DNA of 49,426 bases, filler included, from Bipalium vagum (taxonomy: Eukaryota), in NCBI GenBank assembly GCA_037834085.1. It is 3 parts of 3 records of this genome, joined end to end, with 100 filler letters (N's around TTAATTAATTAA, not from the genome) between each part and the next. Parts side by side here need not be neighbours in the genome. Positions count along the whole stretch, not along the records: positions 1 to 15,683 come from JBBMKC010152131.1; 2 more parts are not named here. One strand, given 5' to 3'. The notes under the pieces were generated by a model. It worked only from the letters and a program-made list of their open reading frames with translations. It made no database searches and was not told the origin of the DNA. The translations under genes were made by a program, and so were the position numbers. Positions 1 through 13,869 of this stretch are shown here, piece after piece; the first letter of the stretch is position 1; the number at the start of each line of letters is the position of its first letter.

Positions 1-539
1 TTATTTTACATTACATTATATTAATATTAATTATTTTTATATTAAATAATAATATAAAAAATCATATACCGTATATATTAAACAGTATGAAATTTTACAA
101 TTTATTCTAATGAAAAAAATTATGATTTTAATAATCTTGCTTTATACCACTGCTGTTATCATCATAGTAAATAATCAATTGAAACAAAATATTGTAATTT
201 ATATCATTTTTATATGTAAAACGTTTTTAATTGATACACAGAAAATAAGTAATAATTGTTACATTAAAAAATTGGCTTGAAATTCTGTTTTTAAACATTT
301 TTTCACATTAAACAGACTTGCTTTTTAATTTAAAAAAAGCTTTTGTCTATCAAATTTTATTTATTATTGTATTTTACTATTTTCAAAGAAGAAAAACCTC
401 AATCAGGAGTCTGACTAAGTGTCAGATTCATTTAATGATTTTACAATGAAAGCAGAACATCACATATTTTAATCCACCCAGCTAATCTTTTTTCGGATTT
501 ACTCCCGACATTCTTTGAGATTATTTTACACATAAAATA

Positions 540-1780
540 TTAGGTCGTCTCTTATTTCTTTGCGGAAAAGGTGTATAGAAAAAAAATTTATTTTATAAAA
601 ACACAAGAATATAAATATAATACCCATCTTTATTAATTGTCTTTGACATTCAGGCAAAAGTTCAAAATCATATTTGAAGAATTTTTGGTCCTTTCCGATG
701 AAATAAGCAGAGTTGACAATCTCAACACCGGATTTGCTATTTAATTCTTCTCTCTTTAAGAAGGGTTGTAATGAACGGAAAAGGTAATAATCTGTTAGAA
801 CCATATCTGGACTATATGTTGAGTGAGGAAGAAGTTCCCAGCCAAACTCTTTTAGTTTCTCCCTGGTCATTTTTGATGTTTTTGGCTTTCTATTATCTGG
901 TTGAAGAATAACGCCTTGTCGATTGAGCCAAGATGGTCGATAAAATAATAGACATCACTAGTAATGGTTTCACTCATATTCAGGAGTGAATATCCCACCA
1001 ACCACAGAAAAGAACTTTTTTCGAATGAAGACCTGGATTAGACGTTGGGATTGGTTTTTCACCAGAACCAAACTACTGCTTTTTACGCTCAGCATTGACA
1101 TATACAACCCATTTTTCATCACAGCATACAAATCTGTCCAGAAATGAGTCTAGAATCTAGATCATACTGAGTGAGCTAAGACTTTCAAACTGTCATCCGA
1201 TTCAAAAGTTCCTGTTCATCTAGAGAATGTGGAATTCATTTGACATTTAAAAGTTTTTCTCATTTGAATTAAGTAAAGATGAACACTTGCTGTAGATATG
1301 TCCCTGAGTTTTGCCAATTCCCGTGTTGTTCGACAAGAATTCTCTTCCACTAGTCGATTTAAGTCGTCAATGTCTATCAGTACAGATCTTGGCTTGTCTT
1401 ACATGTCGAAATCTTTGTTCAAAAACTTCTTAAACGATTTTTCACATGTACTTAAACTAATAGATTCGATTAATGTCATAGATAACTGTTCACAAAACTG
1501 TCTGGCATTTAATCTGCACTTAAAGTCATACAACAGACATACCCTTATCATTTCTAGAGTAAATTTCATCTACAAGAATAAAAAATCTTAATAAGTAATG
1601 TATGTATCCATTAATTTTATATAAAAGCATCTTTAAATATTATATATTATTATTAAATATTATAAATAAAATATAAAATATTATTTTAAATAATGCGCTA
1701 TAAATTCTTTCAATTAATGTGGCTAAACAATACTAAGTAATACCATATGTAAAATGGTAAAGATTTGTGAGATGACCTAA
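540..1780 (-). mobile_element. Degenerate near-full-length mariner (DD34D) element
   Basis: Minus-strand translations give FLDRFVCCDEKWVVY (about 1085-1145) and GWELLPHSTYSPDMVLTDYYLFRSLQ (ORF 526-870; YSPDLAPSDY motif). Imperfect TIRs ttaggtcgtctc (540) and gagatgacctaa (to 1780), about 1.24 kb apart, with TA on the left. Multiple stops and frameshifts. Confidence 0.9.
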
Positions 1781-2479
1781 TGCGACGATACTTCATTTCA
1801 TATCCTTTTCAAGACATTATTTCCCATTTATATCACCCATAGATATTTCTTAAAAAATATTTTAATTTATACCATATTTTTTTATTTTTTATTTTCTCGG
1901 TATTTTACGTAATTCAACCTGTAGATTAACTCCATCTTCTTAAGTACCTTTTTAAATAAAACTGAGATTAAAATTTTATTTACTTTATATCTTAATATTG
2001 AACATTTTTAATACGAATATTGTTATAAAAAGAATTTTTCTTTGAAAGGTCACTTTTTATCTAAATAATTTTCAAGATGAAAATATGTAAATCTGATATT
2101 TATTATTCAAACTAAAAAAACCTGGTTATTCCTAAATATAATTTAAGATTTTTATTTAATCTAATTTTACTTTATTGTACTTTAAGATTTTAATTTTTTT
2201 ATTACAGATAATAATAATTTTATATATAATAAATAATATTTTTAAATATTGTTTGTATTATTGAAATTCTTCAATAAAATTATTGTTATTATGAAATGTT
2301 TTAATTCATTTCCGCTGTTGATAATAAAGAGCGGTATTTATAAATTACTGTATTCTTGAAAGGTGAAATTTAAAATCAGCTATTTTTTATATTTATCATA
2401 ATTAATTGAAAATTAAAAATAAGTTTGAATTTAAGATTTAATTTTATAATATTTCAGTTGTAAAATATGGAATTAAGTA

Positions 2480-2760
2480 TTAAATGTCTGTCCTGCGACT
2501 ATTTCAAATTGTTTGCATATGATGGCAAAGATATAAATGGAAGGAAAATGGGTTCCATATGACTAGATAAAAATGCAATTGAAAACCGTTTCAACACTTC
2601 AGTCTCACTGGGTTTCAGACACCACATGAAGAAAATAAATCTACCTTGACAAACCAAAACCTAAAAGATTATGGGTAAACTTAGATATATCAGCAGGATC
2701 GTAATATTTACAGGAAAAAAGCAAAATATATACATTTATGGGATTAAAAAGGTGTTAAGT
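2480..2760 (+). mobile_element. Mariner transposase fragment
   Basis: MEGKWVPYD (WVPHEL motif) at about 2537-2563 and a WD*KGV-like motif near 2738-2755. Confidence 0.7.
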
Positions 2761-2990
2761 TCTTCCCATAGCAACTCGATCGGTTTGAGATTTTTTTGAC
2801 TATGGTGGTCTTTCCATTATTTCTAGTATTTATTGACTTTGACGATCTTCTAGATAGCGTTTGCAAATTTTACTGGTATGTTTCGGATCATTATCATGCA
2901 TAAAAACATATGGATTCGAAAATAAACTTTTTCCAGAAGACAGTGCTTGTCGTTCCAAAATGTCCCTGTAAATTTCTTTCGTAAAAATAA
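2761..2990 (-). mobile_element. Tc1 (DD34E) transposase fragment
   Basis: FMHDNDPKHTSKICKRYLE followed by a frameshifted PP*S..KPIELLWEEL, matching the Tc1 second-Asp and Glu motifs. Confidence 0.85.
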
Positions 2991-4015
2991 AATAATTAAT
3001 GATGCATAAATATTTAAATTCAAGGAACATTAATTAATAATTTATTATTTATTAAAAATATTTTATAATCTTAATAAATATAATTATAGAAATTCAGTTA
3101 AATCAATAATTAAATAATCACATTTTACAAATAAATAAAAATATTTTTTCGTTTGATTTTTAAGTTTATTTAAAATTTCAAAATAATTAAAAAATAAAAT
3201 TAAAGAATAACTAAAAAAATTTCTGGATATTATTAATATTGCTTTAAAAATATTTATAATTTAAGATGCAAAATTGAGCATAAAAATTTCGCTAGATTTA
3301 TTCTTTAAAATTTATGCAATAATTAATTCGTTAATTAAAATTCTAAATATTTAATGAATATATTATATATTTTGCTAATTTTGTACATTTATATTTATTT
3401 CGGGGAGTGTTTATGTTTTGATTAAAATTTAAAATTAAAATCATTTTTTTGTATTTTAATAGAGCTTTGCAGACAATTATCAGTGGAAAATTATTCCAGT
3501 TTTAATATTGATTAAAGTCTCAAACTCTTCAAACTGGGAATTTTTTCTATTTTTATTTTGGAGACTCAAAATTTTAAAAAACTTTTTTTACATTTAATGA
3601 ACTTTAAACATAAATTTTTTTTAAATCATTTATTTTTGTTAATTTTTTAATTTATCATAAGTTAATAAAGATGATTTATTAGAACATTATTACCAAGAAA
3701 CATTTGAAATTTAAAGATTAACTAAGTAATTTAAAATCTTTTTAAAAGTATATTTTGTCATTTATTTCTTCTACTTATCTTATTTATTTACCTCTCCAGT
3801 GGTTTTTGATTGATATTCTTCGATAATCTACTTTAAATGGTCATTGTCTATTTCTGTTGTATGCTGCGACCTCGTATTATTCAACAGTCTCATCTCTCTG
3901 ACAAAAACGCTCATGCCAACGTTACACCACACTTTATTAATTTTTCGAATGCTTTCATTGGCTTTATATATATACAATATATAGACAATAAAGTAAGTAA
4001 TTGGAAAACGAGATA

Positions 4016-4215
4016 TTACAGGATGGTCGCTAGAAAAGCGAAACATTTGTCAAATAGCTATTTATCTTTACAAAGAAAACTTAACAAAGTTTTACACTCA
4101 TGGATGCTCAAAATGTCGTCCGTGCAATTCAGAGCAACATCTTAACCTAGAAATCCAAGCTCGTGTGGCGTTTTGAAGGATAACTGGTGAGATATCATTC
4201 TAAACCATCAATAGA
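4016..4215 (-). mobile_element. 3' end of a Tc1/mariner-superfamily (DD37D/DD41D-like) element
   Basis: Minus strand reads NDISPVILQNATRAWISRLRCCSELHGRHFEHP*, like the R..CI..NG.HFEH C-terminus. TIR-like tacaggatggtc at about 4017. Confidence 0.6.
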
Positions 4216-4509
4216 ATTTATCACTTCAACATTTCTGAAGCACAGTTAATAATACTACTAACACCAATTTTTAAAAGTTGCGGGACCTTTCTAAGGGCAT
4301 TTTCATACTACGTGAAACATCTAGTAATCGTTAGGACTATAATTAACAGTTTTGAAGGAAAGGATTAGTAATTTTTCAAGTAAAAAATCAAAAAATTAAA
4401 ATTACTTACTACGAAACCTGACACTCATTAATAGTTGCTACTATCAATAAGTAATTAATATTGAACAATTCAATTCAATTGAACAGGTCAATCAAATTGA
4501 CATATGATA

Positions 4510-4927
4510 CTAGGTTGTTTGGAAAGTTACTTCTGTTTTTACAATGAAAATCAAGATTATATTTTTTATTGTTAAAAAGATTTTCAGCAATATATTGTTC
4601 CTTTTGGTCCAACACCTTTTGCCATCTTTCTGGTAATTTTAGGATTCCATTCGCATTAAACTTCTTTTCCTTCTTTGCAAAGAACTGAGTCAAGTGCGTA
4701 TGGACACCTTCACTTGAATCAAAGATTTTCCAGCCAAAATATGTTACACGGAGCGAAATACATAAATTATTTCATATATTTAAAAAAATTTTCCTACTAA
4801 TCATACTTGGCATATTGATTATTGTAATCAATATTAACATTTTTATTAATAACTGATTTTTTGATAATTTAAATGATGTCTAAAACTTCAACTCAAAAAA
4901 GACATAGTGGATTTCCGAACAACCTAA
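4510..4927 (-). mobile_element. Internally deleted non-autonomous mariner (418 bp)
   Basis: TIRs taggttgtttggaaa (4511) and tttccgaacaacctaa (to 4927), both flanked by TA. Retains only the transposase C-terminus (FFAKKEKKFNANGILKLPERWQKVLDQKEQY). Confidence 0.85.
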
Positions 4928-6035
4928 TACTATAAAAAATTTGTCCTTTGGAGAAGATTCTTGTGGAATTAGGAACAACATTGTATATTCCTTGGATTAA
5001 TTTTCTATTTATTAAAGACTATAGAGTCACTTTTTATTTGATCAATTTTATTTTTCTTTCAATCAAGTTTCTGTGTCCCTAGTAATTATATTTTTAACTG
5101 TTTGAATCTTCATTCAAATCATATTTCTTTGTAACTTCCTTCATATTCAGAAATTACAAATAAAATAATCTAGCACAAATTCCTGATTTTTCTTTAATGA
5201 AACTAATTTCCAATTTTTATTAACACTAAGACATCCTTAAGGTCTGAAATCTACGCAGAGAATGTTATCAGCATTCAGAGGTTTCAGGTCCATAATTTAT
5301 TTATTATCCACATTTACGAATTTTCAAACAAATTAAATGATCACGTCGTTGTACTTTCAATTCTTTATCTTTTAAAACTTATTGATATAATTTCATTATC
5401 ATACTTTACGTTGTTTAAATTATGGTTTAAACGTAAAAATAGTCCATTGTATAACGATAACTGATACTTTAATAGGAAACAGAATAAAATTTCAATTGAA
5501 TTAATTAAAATTATTTTACACAAAAAGACCATTATCTGATAATACTTGGGAGATTTTGTATTATTGATATTACTCTAAAAATCAATGAGCTTAATTCGTG
5601 GTATAATATATAAAGCTTCGGATTCTAGATAACGAAAATATCCTCCGTTGTGCGTTCTCAGACAAGGTATAGGTTTCCATTAAGTAATCCATTAAGAACT
5701 GAAAATATGATTGAAAAATTAATGTTGAAAAACCTTAAAATATCAATAACCATTTTCTAGTATCTTTCCTTGATTATATTATTATATTATTATATTCTTT
5801 AAAGAGCATCTTACTTAAATCTCATAACATTAAAGTGATGATCTAAAATTTATTAACTAAAAATTCTGAGAGATTTCACTGTTTTAGCCTGTGGAAAATC
5901 AGTTTTGATCATTTAATTAATAATAATTATGTTAATAAAAAGTAATAATAATAATACCAAGGAGAATAATAATAATAATCAAAATAATAAAATGAAATAA
6001 AAAATGAAAGAAATTAATAAAAATAAAATTAAGTA

Positions 6036-6102
<67 letters not shown>
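6036..6102. repeat. (ATT)n microsatellite
   Basis: About 22 perfect trinucleotide units seen directly. Confidence 0.95.
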
Positions 6103-6103
<1 letters not shown>

Positions 6104-7199
6104 ATCTGAAAATTAATTTAATTTTTTTTGTTTCTACGCATTACTATGAACTTTTTTTTAAAAAAACTTTTGAAACGTGAAAAAATTAGATTAAAATTTA
6201 ATGACATTTACTTTCATGAACTGGTTTTTGTTTTTTTTTCATCTTGAATGACAAGAAATAATATTTCGATCTTTTTTCGTTCTAAATAATAAAGTATGAA
6301 AGTTATAATTAATCAATTGGAAAAAGTACAAAAGGAAAATTTCATCAATTTGTCAACTTTCGTTATCTACAAAAATATTTTACATTTAAATTCAATTACG
6401 TTTTCAACAGGGAAACCTTGCCATTGTCAATGCGGGTTTAAAACAAAAAATTGAAAAAAGATTTTCAAAATATTCCTAACAGTCCATTAATGAATCCATT
6501 TGAGTCTTTTAGCACTGGTGACATAAACAGTTAAAAGATTTGTAATTATTTATTGTGTCAAAGGAATTTGAAATGAAAAAAAACGCATGATAAAAGTAAA
6601 CAGTTCTTCTTTTAACTAATTTTAACTTTTTTCTTTTTTTTTCGATAGTCCTAGTTCTTCGACAATTAAATATTTTTAATATGTTGTCTTAAATTTATTA
6701 TTATGATCAGAAGATAAGGGTGAAATATTGAACCATAATTAAATTTGGGAGAAAAATATCATATGTATCTATTTTCTCCATGGTGACGTAAAAAAAGACC
6801 CAGATTAACATACTTAGATGCATGCAAAAGCAAACACAATTTGTTTAAATATTCCTCATTAATGTCACATTTAAAAAACATAAACATTTGTAATTATGAT
6901 TATTGATATATTGTTTATTTTAGATTATCAATGGCTACAGTTTCAAAGATTGAATATTAAAGCGTTATTCGCTTCAAATATAAGAAGAACTGCATTTGAC
7001 GTATTTGTGAATATAAAAGGTCCTTTTTCTAATTTTTTGCTTCAAAAGGGAAGAGGGCTTTTATACTCGTGAAGTAAACGAGATTGTGTTGAAAAATACC
7101 CATTAGAGAAAATTTTTTGTGCAATTATAATATCAATATCATCATCATCATCAATATTCTTTGTCTATTATTAATGTCGGGAGATTAAAAATGATTTAT

Positions 7200-7970
7200 G
7201 TATACTGCTCAAAGTTGCTGAATATGCACCTGAGAAGTTGTTTGGGCCTAAGCCTACTAGAATAATAATTCAACATTGGCGAAAGAAGAAAGAAGAACTG
7301 CTTAAAATGTCAAGAGCAAAAAGGTGTGCACGTGAAATTAGTGCAAAATGACCGAAATTGAAGCAAAAATAAAGTAATGGATTAAAATCCAGCGTTCCTG
7401 TGGAGTTGCAGTCTCAACAAAGATGATCATGGACCATAGAAGGAAGATTTCAACAGAAATGAAGAAAACCCAAGATCCTATTAGGAGGAAAGATGTGCAT
7501 GGTTACAGAAGGAAATCTGAATGGCGTTTTAATATTATGAAAAAGAAGGCTTGTGTTTAAGAACACGCACTACACTAGACATAAGATGCCAAAAGAATAC
7601 GAAGATATAATTGCGAGTTCCATTTCTAGATGATCATTTTACAAAAGGAATTAAACTTTTAACTAGGTTCAATTGCAAAAGATAGACCAGGAATCACTCA
7701 CATTCGATGAACCAACAAACGAGACTGCGGATCAGAAAGAGTTAAGGCAATAGTCATAAAAAGCATCAAGTCCCTGATGCGAGATCTATGGAACAATTGG
7801 ATACAAAAAGCTCATCCCATCTTGACGGATAAGGAAACCAACAACTACTGATGTCTGTTACTGGGTGATCAGGTCCAGAGATGAAATAAAAAGTCAGTTG
7901 TCATCAAGTCTTTCAGAAAGTATGGCATCAGTAATGCTTTGGATGGAAGTGAAGATGAATTGATTTACGA
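7200..7970 (+). mobile_element. pogo-superfamily (POGK/Passer-like) transposase remnant with internal deletion
   Basis: LKVAEYA..IQHWRKKKEELLKMSRAKR (Brinker-like DNA-binding domain), LRTRTT..KMPKEYED (CENP-B-type HTH), a degenerate DETPLTFD-like motif, and C-terminal VIKSFRKYGISNALDGSEDEL. Most of the DDE core is missing. Confidence 0.75.
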
Positions 7971-10545
7971 TGTTTGGTTCTTATACTCGCAAATTTAATT
8001 AATCGACTAATTTAAATTAATTAATTAAATTTTAGGACTATATTTTAATATAATACCTAATTAAAACAAAATCTTTTACCTTTCTTTTCTCATTAAAATT
8101 ATCTTCTTCCTTATGATTTTTTTTCGAATTTTCCTGAGACTTTTTATCTGATTTTTATACACCAATTAATTTTTTAATATATTTTTTTGATTTCGGTCCT
8201 GTTAATTAAAACAAAACTCTTAAGAGAGTCATATTTAAAAGTACTATCAATATAATCAGTATTCCAGAAGTAGCTCATGGTACAGAATATAGAAACCACC
8301 TAGATTTCACGTGAAAAATATATTCTTTTCACCAAGTCTTGTCTTGACCCATTCATGTGATTTGCTTCAGATGTCTTATTAATTTACACTTGTTCGAATT
8401 ACGTTTGATCTTAAGTCTATGTACTGATGAGAGATCAAAATAAATATCCTTCAATAAAATCTTTATAAATATGCTAATTTTTCTCACATATCTAGACTAA
8501 TGAAAACGTTCATTTCCATATACATATCTGTGCATATCTATATTTATTTATTTATTTATATTCACGGCTTCTTGGTTTTATAAATATCGTCAGACATCGC
8601 CAGTCTACTTAGACTTCTTTACCTCGAGAGAAGTCACTAAAGAATGTTTACCATAAAAGAATCGATAAAAATAAATTCTACATAATTTCTATGCTGAAGT
8701 TCTCCCTTTGTCAGGAAGGATCCACTCAAAGCCCAAAGCAATCAATATGAAATATTAGACTCATATGATAAGTATTAATGACAAACAAAAATAAAGAGAT
8801 GGAAAAAGATTTCACAAAATTTCCAATATATTTGTCTAATGTTGCCTTTATTTGCTGTTGGAAGAGTCGTGACTCATTCTTTTAATCTATGAAAAGTTTA
8901 TTTATCTATGTGCAAAGCAAAACTGAGTCAGTTATGTGATACATTTTGTTTGATGACTTTTTTCACCTTTTTCTGAGTTTTAAAATTCCTCATTCATTGA
9001 AGGCCTTGTTCTTATTATCCAAAAAACTGAAATATTACTTATTGATTTTTCACATATTTAATTAATTTTCACAATAATTTAACTTTTATTTGATTAGCTT
9101 CATTTAAAATAATTTTGATATTAATTTTTTAAAAATTTGATTTTAATATAAACACCTTTAGTGATTATAAAAATGGCCTGACAAAGTACAGGGTCATGTT
9201 TTTGAAAAAAAGGATATCACTTTATCCCTATTTTACGAAAACACCTTTTTCAGATTTTAGAAAGAAAAACCTCAATTAAGAAGTACTTTTATGAAATATT
9301 TTACACGTTAAAAATGATAATGAAAAAGTGAAAGCTGAAATTCGCATAATACATTGCTAATTAGACGGATCAGTAACCAATCAAAGATTCACTAATACAT
9401 GTAATTAATTTATATAATTATATAATTATATAATTAATAATTAATATAATAAGTATAATTATATATGCTATTTTTATAAATAATTATTTTGAAGATTCTC
9501 TTTTACAGGAATTTTGTCATACCAAAGTTAATTAAAAAGATTTAACCACAAAACCAGTAAAAAGATATTAATATTTCTTGCTTAAATGTACTAAAATAAT
9601 TTTACTTGTTTTATTGCTATTGATAATCAATCATAAATGTGATTACATGAAGAATTTTATATTAATTATGGGTCAGTAGTGAATAGATAATGAGGTTGAG
9701 ACAATCAAAAAGTTCAGTCTTGAGTCCCTTCTAACATCATACATACAAAATGATCAATCTACTCGAAAAAATATAAAAATATTTTTTTTAATGTTATTAT
9801 TATTATTATTATATTATTATATTATTATATTATTATTAATATTATTATTATTTTTAATATTTATTAAACTTAATATTAATAATAATAATATATATTTTAT
9901 ATACATTCCTCAGAACGATGCCAACTCTTAATGAAGACTGCTCAGTGAAAAATCTATCCAACGTTTTTACAACAATAAAAAAAATATTTATATAATTGTA
10001 TAATGCTTACGAAAATAAAACTATCAAAGATACATAAACAGATTCAAACATAAATGTGATTAGAAGTATTAATTGTATGATCGACATAGGTCAGTCTCTA
10101 ACTGCAACTGTGTTCAATGCATTATTAAGATGTGTACATTTTGATAATATTACCAAGTAATCGATCGTGTACCTTATTTAAAGTCTATCGATATCTCGAC
10201 CTCTCACTTGAAAGCTTTACTTGCTGAACAAAATATTATTGAAATTTTCATCATAGTTAAATAATTTTTAAAAAAAATAAAATATTGATTTTTTGTGTTT
10301 TAATGAACGATAAATTTTTATCTTAACCTATTGGACAGTTAATCCTAAAATATTAAGCTTCTTGAATTTATAAATAAATGAATTTTTCTAAAAAATAAAA
10401 TATTATTTTATTATTAAATAAATAATATTATTTATAAAATTCGAAAATAAAATTAAAACAAAATATTTTTATCAGATTTTTCACAACAGGTTCAAAATGT
10501 CTGAGTTGTTTAAAATGTTGGCATCATTCTATTAATTATACCCTG

Positions 10546-12044
10546 TCAGGATTCATTCAAATCCAGATGCTAAGAGAATATTTTGGTTTTGACATCGACA
10601 AATGCTTTATTCAAAATATGATCCATGACAAGCGATTCATTCTTCCACCTCGAAATAAGTTTATTTATTCCAGTGACATAGAAGTCCAGTATTCTGGAAT
10701 CAATAAACTCACGGAAGGCTTTCTGAACAGCACTACTGTTGCCTGTGGGAAAGATGATAAACAAATGAAAGTCAGTAGTCAACAGATCCAGTGAACATGC
10801 TGATGAGGCAGATTTTTATATCTAAATATATTCAGATTCTGCAGGAAATGTTTGTTTTGCAACGTGTGCTCGGATATTGTAGTGAAAAATAAATACATGT
10901 TTTCTGTTGACTAATGTGGGACGCAAAGATTGCAATTTCCGATTCATTTAGAGGACTTGACAATATCTTTTTGAAGTTATATCATATTATAATAGTTCTT
11001 CCATGGTTTCATAAAAAGTAGCGAATCAAACCGACATTTCTGGTGCAATCTTAGCTTTGCAAACAAATGTTTGAGTTCAGGCATTAATGTTTTCCTAAGT
11101 TGGTGAGTGTGGTGCAGAATATTTAGGCGACTGACTCGATTATGAAAGAATTCCTTTAGTGTTTCAAAAATGATAGAGAATCTGCATTTTCACTTATGTT
11201 CTTTAAGCAGAAAAGGTATCAAAATTTTCACACGACAGAATTTCTACATTCCATATCAGCAATTTATGGTAAATAGATTTTGTAATTGGCACAAAAAAGT
11301 GCTGGTTAAATTAGATATAACTAAAAAATTGTGGTTGTAGAAAAAATATTCGAAGAAGATTATCCAACAATCATGAAGATAAGCTTGTAGTTGATTATCC
11401 ATGTTACATTCCACCAGGCACAAAGCATGATCTTCAAAATATGATTAATTGTTCTTGGAGTTTGTGGTATTTTTCATCACCGGTTACCAAGAAGTTCAAA
11501 AATTGGAGTTACATCATATCGTGAAAGTTGAGAAAATCACGATGTTTCCAATTTCATGCAAATGTGTGAGACATGTTTCGTCACGTATATTAAACATTTT
11601 GCGAACTCATGACATGACAACTTGGAATTTTCCTCAATAATTTTTATTACTTCTACGTCATTGATGTCTGATAGTCTCTCGAAATATACTGAATGTGGTG
11701 CATCTTCAAATGACTCATCACCGTTCAAAATGTTTGAGTTGTCCTCTCTTTAAGGCATCATTTCCAAAAGCTGGTATATTCCTACGACAACATCTGAAGC
11801 GTTTGACCCGAATTTGAATTTATAAAGCAAACATGCTCTAATCACATTTTTATCAATAAATATTTTTGATTTGAATTAGATGCATAACTCTTTATTTAGA
11901 AATTGATCAATTAAAACAAAATTGATAAAGACGAAATTTAGAAATTTCACTAGAAGACCATATTTCTTTTTAAAAATAAAAAACGGTTATTTATACATAA
12001 TTCTCATTTATTAAAACACCACCAAGAATTTCTTGGTTACCTGA
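10546..12044 (-). mobile_element. Degenerate mariner element carrying an unrelated insert of about 380 bp
   Basis: GDESFEDAPHS (HTH region), TGDEK, MLCAWWNV, LVNRKHVFIFHYNIRAHVAK, DLLTTDFHL, FYVTGINKLISRWK. Weak TIRs tcagg at 10546 and cctga ending 12044. Confidence 0.8.
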
Positions 12045-12421
12045 TAATAAACAATATTTGTTTTAAATATAAATAAAACGACACAAAGAAGAAACAAACC
12101 TTAAACAAATATAAAAATAAAAATATTTTCTTTTTTATAAAAAATTTTAAATCTTAAATTTATTTTCTTTTAATTTTTTTAATTTTTAATATTATTGATA
12201 TAATTTGTTACGCTGGTCACTTTTACTTGAGTCACGACTGGAGTAACATTAACTTCTTTTTGGTCTCATTCCTTCGTAACACTGACCCAAGTAGTGAAAT
12301 GTTTTCCTTTTAATATTAAAATGCAATATAAAACTATATACAAGACCCTTTCATTAACCCCTGATCCGTTCCCCGAACAGGAAACAAAACCCATAATAAA
12401 GTAAATACAAATCAATAAAAA

Positions 12422-12427
12422 TTTATT
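12422..12427 (-). promoter_or_regulatory. Candidate polyadenylation signal
   Basis: AATAAA about 180 nt after the stop of the 12609-12986 exon. The motif is common in AT-rich DNA. Confidence 0.35.
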
Positions 12428-12608
12428 TCATACACAACGATAAAGGCAGCTGCAAAGTGTTTCTGGCTCTGTGATCAATCAAGCCAGCAAAGGAATATTT
12501 GATAAATTCTGGTAACTCTTTTTCAATACATAAATCGCTGTTACGAATTTGCCAAATCAATGACTTCAATGTACAAGTGAACGGAACATAACGACTCTTT
12601 CACCATTC

Positions 12609-12986
12609 TTAGATCATATTTGGTCGAGGCAGGTACTGGGATTCTGAATGATGGCTTAGGTTCATTGAGTCTTCCATGGCAGGATTGATGAATTCAATGG
12701 ACCGGTCTCCGTTCTTCTTGGGACTGGTGGCACTGTTGTCTACGCAACGGTATTTTTGCGATATTTTACCTTCGTAAGTGTTGGGCAGGTGGATCGAGTC
12801 GAGATGAGGGTCGCTGATCTTGCCAGTACCACCGAACGTGTTCAGATTGCTACAGTTTGAAGACATGTTTTCAAACGACATCGGCATAGCCAGAGATTGT
12901 CCGAGCGAATTGATCATGTGGGGAATCAGCGGAGAAGTGCCTATCAAGCTATGGGGGCTGGCTGTTGAGTGTTGGCGACTGAACAT
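12609..12986 (-). CDS. Probable terminal coding exon of a host gene (S/P/N/M-rich low-complexity tail; possibly the SCYL2 C-terminus)
   Basis: Markedly higher GC than the flanks; 125 open codons after an acceptor ttcag|ATG; TAA stop; AATAAA on the minus strand at 12422-12427 followed by U/GU-rich sequence. No recognisable domain. Confidence 0.6.
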   Translation of the reverse strand: MFSRQHSTASPHSLIGTSPLIPHMINSLGQSLAMPMSFENMSSNCSNLNTFGGTGKISDPHLDSIHLPNTYEGKISQKYRCVDNSATSPKKNGDRSIEFINPAMEDSMNLSHHSESQYLPRPNMI

Positions 12987-13624
12987 CTGAATGGTGATAT
13001 GCAATAAATCTCAAACGAGTCGACCTCATTCTTTCAAAACGACAACTCCGGGGTTCTCAGTGAACAAGTTCTGCTCAACAGCCCCAATCAACGTGAAAAT
13101 GTTCAAAGGAAATACGAGAAAACAAAGAGAAAGAAGTGCTTAATAAAAGAACGTTTCCTTTGTCACTAAATATATCAAACGTTGAAATTTATTTCCCCTT
13201 AATCTTTTGCCACAAAGACTGAAATTTCTCACCGTAAATCAAAATCAAACATTAAAGGTGGAAAATTTCCTTTTAGCAGATTTCTTAAGAGTTTCGCTCA
13301 GTTTTCGCATTTTCAGAATTTTAAATTCGGGCAAGTCTTGGAGAAAATCAATTTTAGTAATAATTAATTTAATGAATTAGGCAGATTAGGACTCCTACAG
13401 GACTACAGGGCCGGATGATTTCTGATTATTTTCAATAAAATTATTATAAGCTGCATGGTGGTGAAGTATTACAAAAAGGATATACAGGAGGGAGGATGGG
13501 TGCAAAAGTAGGCATACAATGATAAAAAAGAAAACATGTATATATTTACTTCATTTTTGAAACAAACAATCTAATGTCGCCTAAACAAATAATTAGAAGC
13601 ACGCGTAACAAGAAAAACTTGTAA

Positions 13625-13825
13625 TAAGGTTCTCTAATCCCCCAAGTAGTCAAATTACCAACCGAGAGCGTTAACACATTCTTCTAATGGTGAACGAACA
13701 CTCATGCATATCCTAGATCTTTATCATCATCAATTTCTTGATAAGCTTCCAAAACGAAATGAATCATGTCTTCAATGGTGCGGGGTTATCGTGCAAAAAC
13801 TTTATATTTTAGAGTACCTCAAAAA
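13625..13825 (-). mobile_element. DD41D/maT-like transposase C-terminal fragment
   Basis: F*GTLKYKVFAR*PRTIEDMIHFVLEAYQEID resembles FWGYLK.KVY...P.TIE.L. Confidence 0.6.
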
Positions 13826-13869
13826 TACTTATTTACTCTTTTTATTACTGTACACCGACTTTTACCCTC

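Noticed and set aside
1298-1591. ORF of 97 aa, and similar ORFs at 10567-10794, 11449-11640, 24022-24207 and 24296-24526
   Set aside because: Antisense shadows of transposase or polB pseudogenes.
12021-12037. Palindrome accaagaa-t-ttcttggt
   Set aside because: A single instance within a mariner terminus, AT-rich and unlike the polB hairpins.
12425-12608. 58 further open codons in frame after the stop of the 12609 exon (possible readthrough or alternative genetic code)
   Set aside because: It needs two different stops (TAA, TGA) to be read through, and the SCYL2 exons contain no in-frame stops. More likely a chance open 3' UTR.
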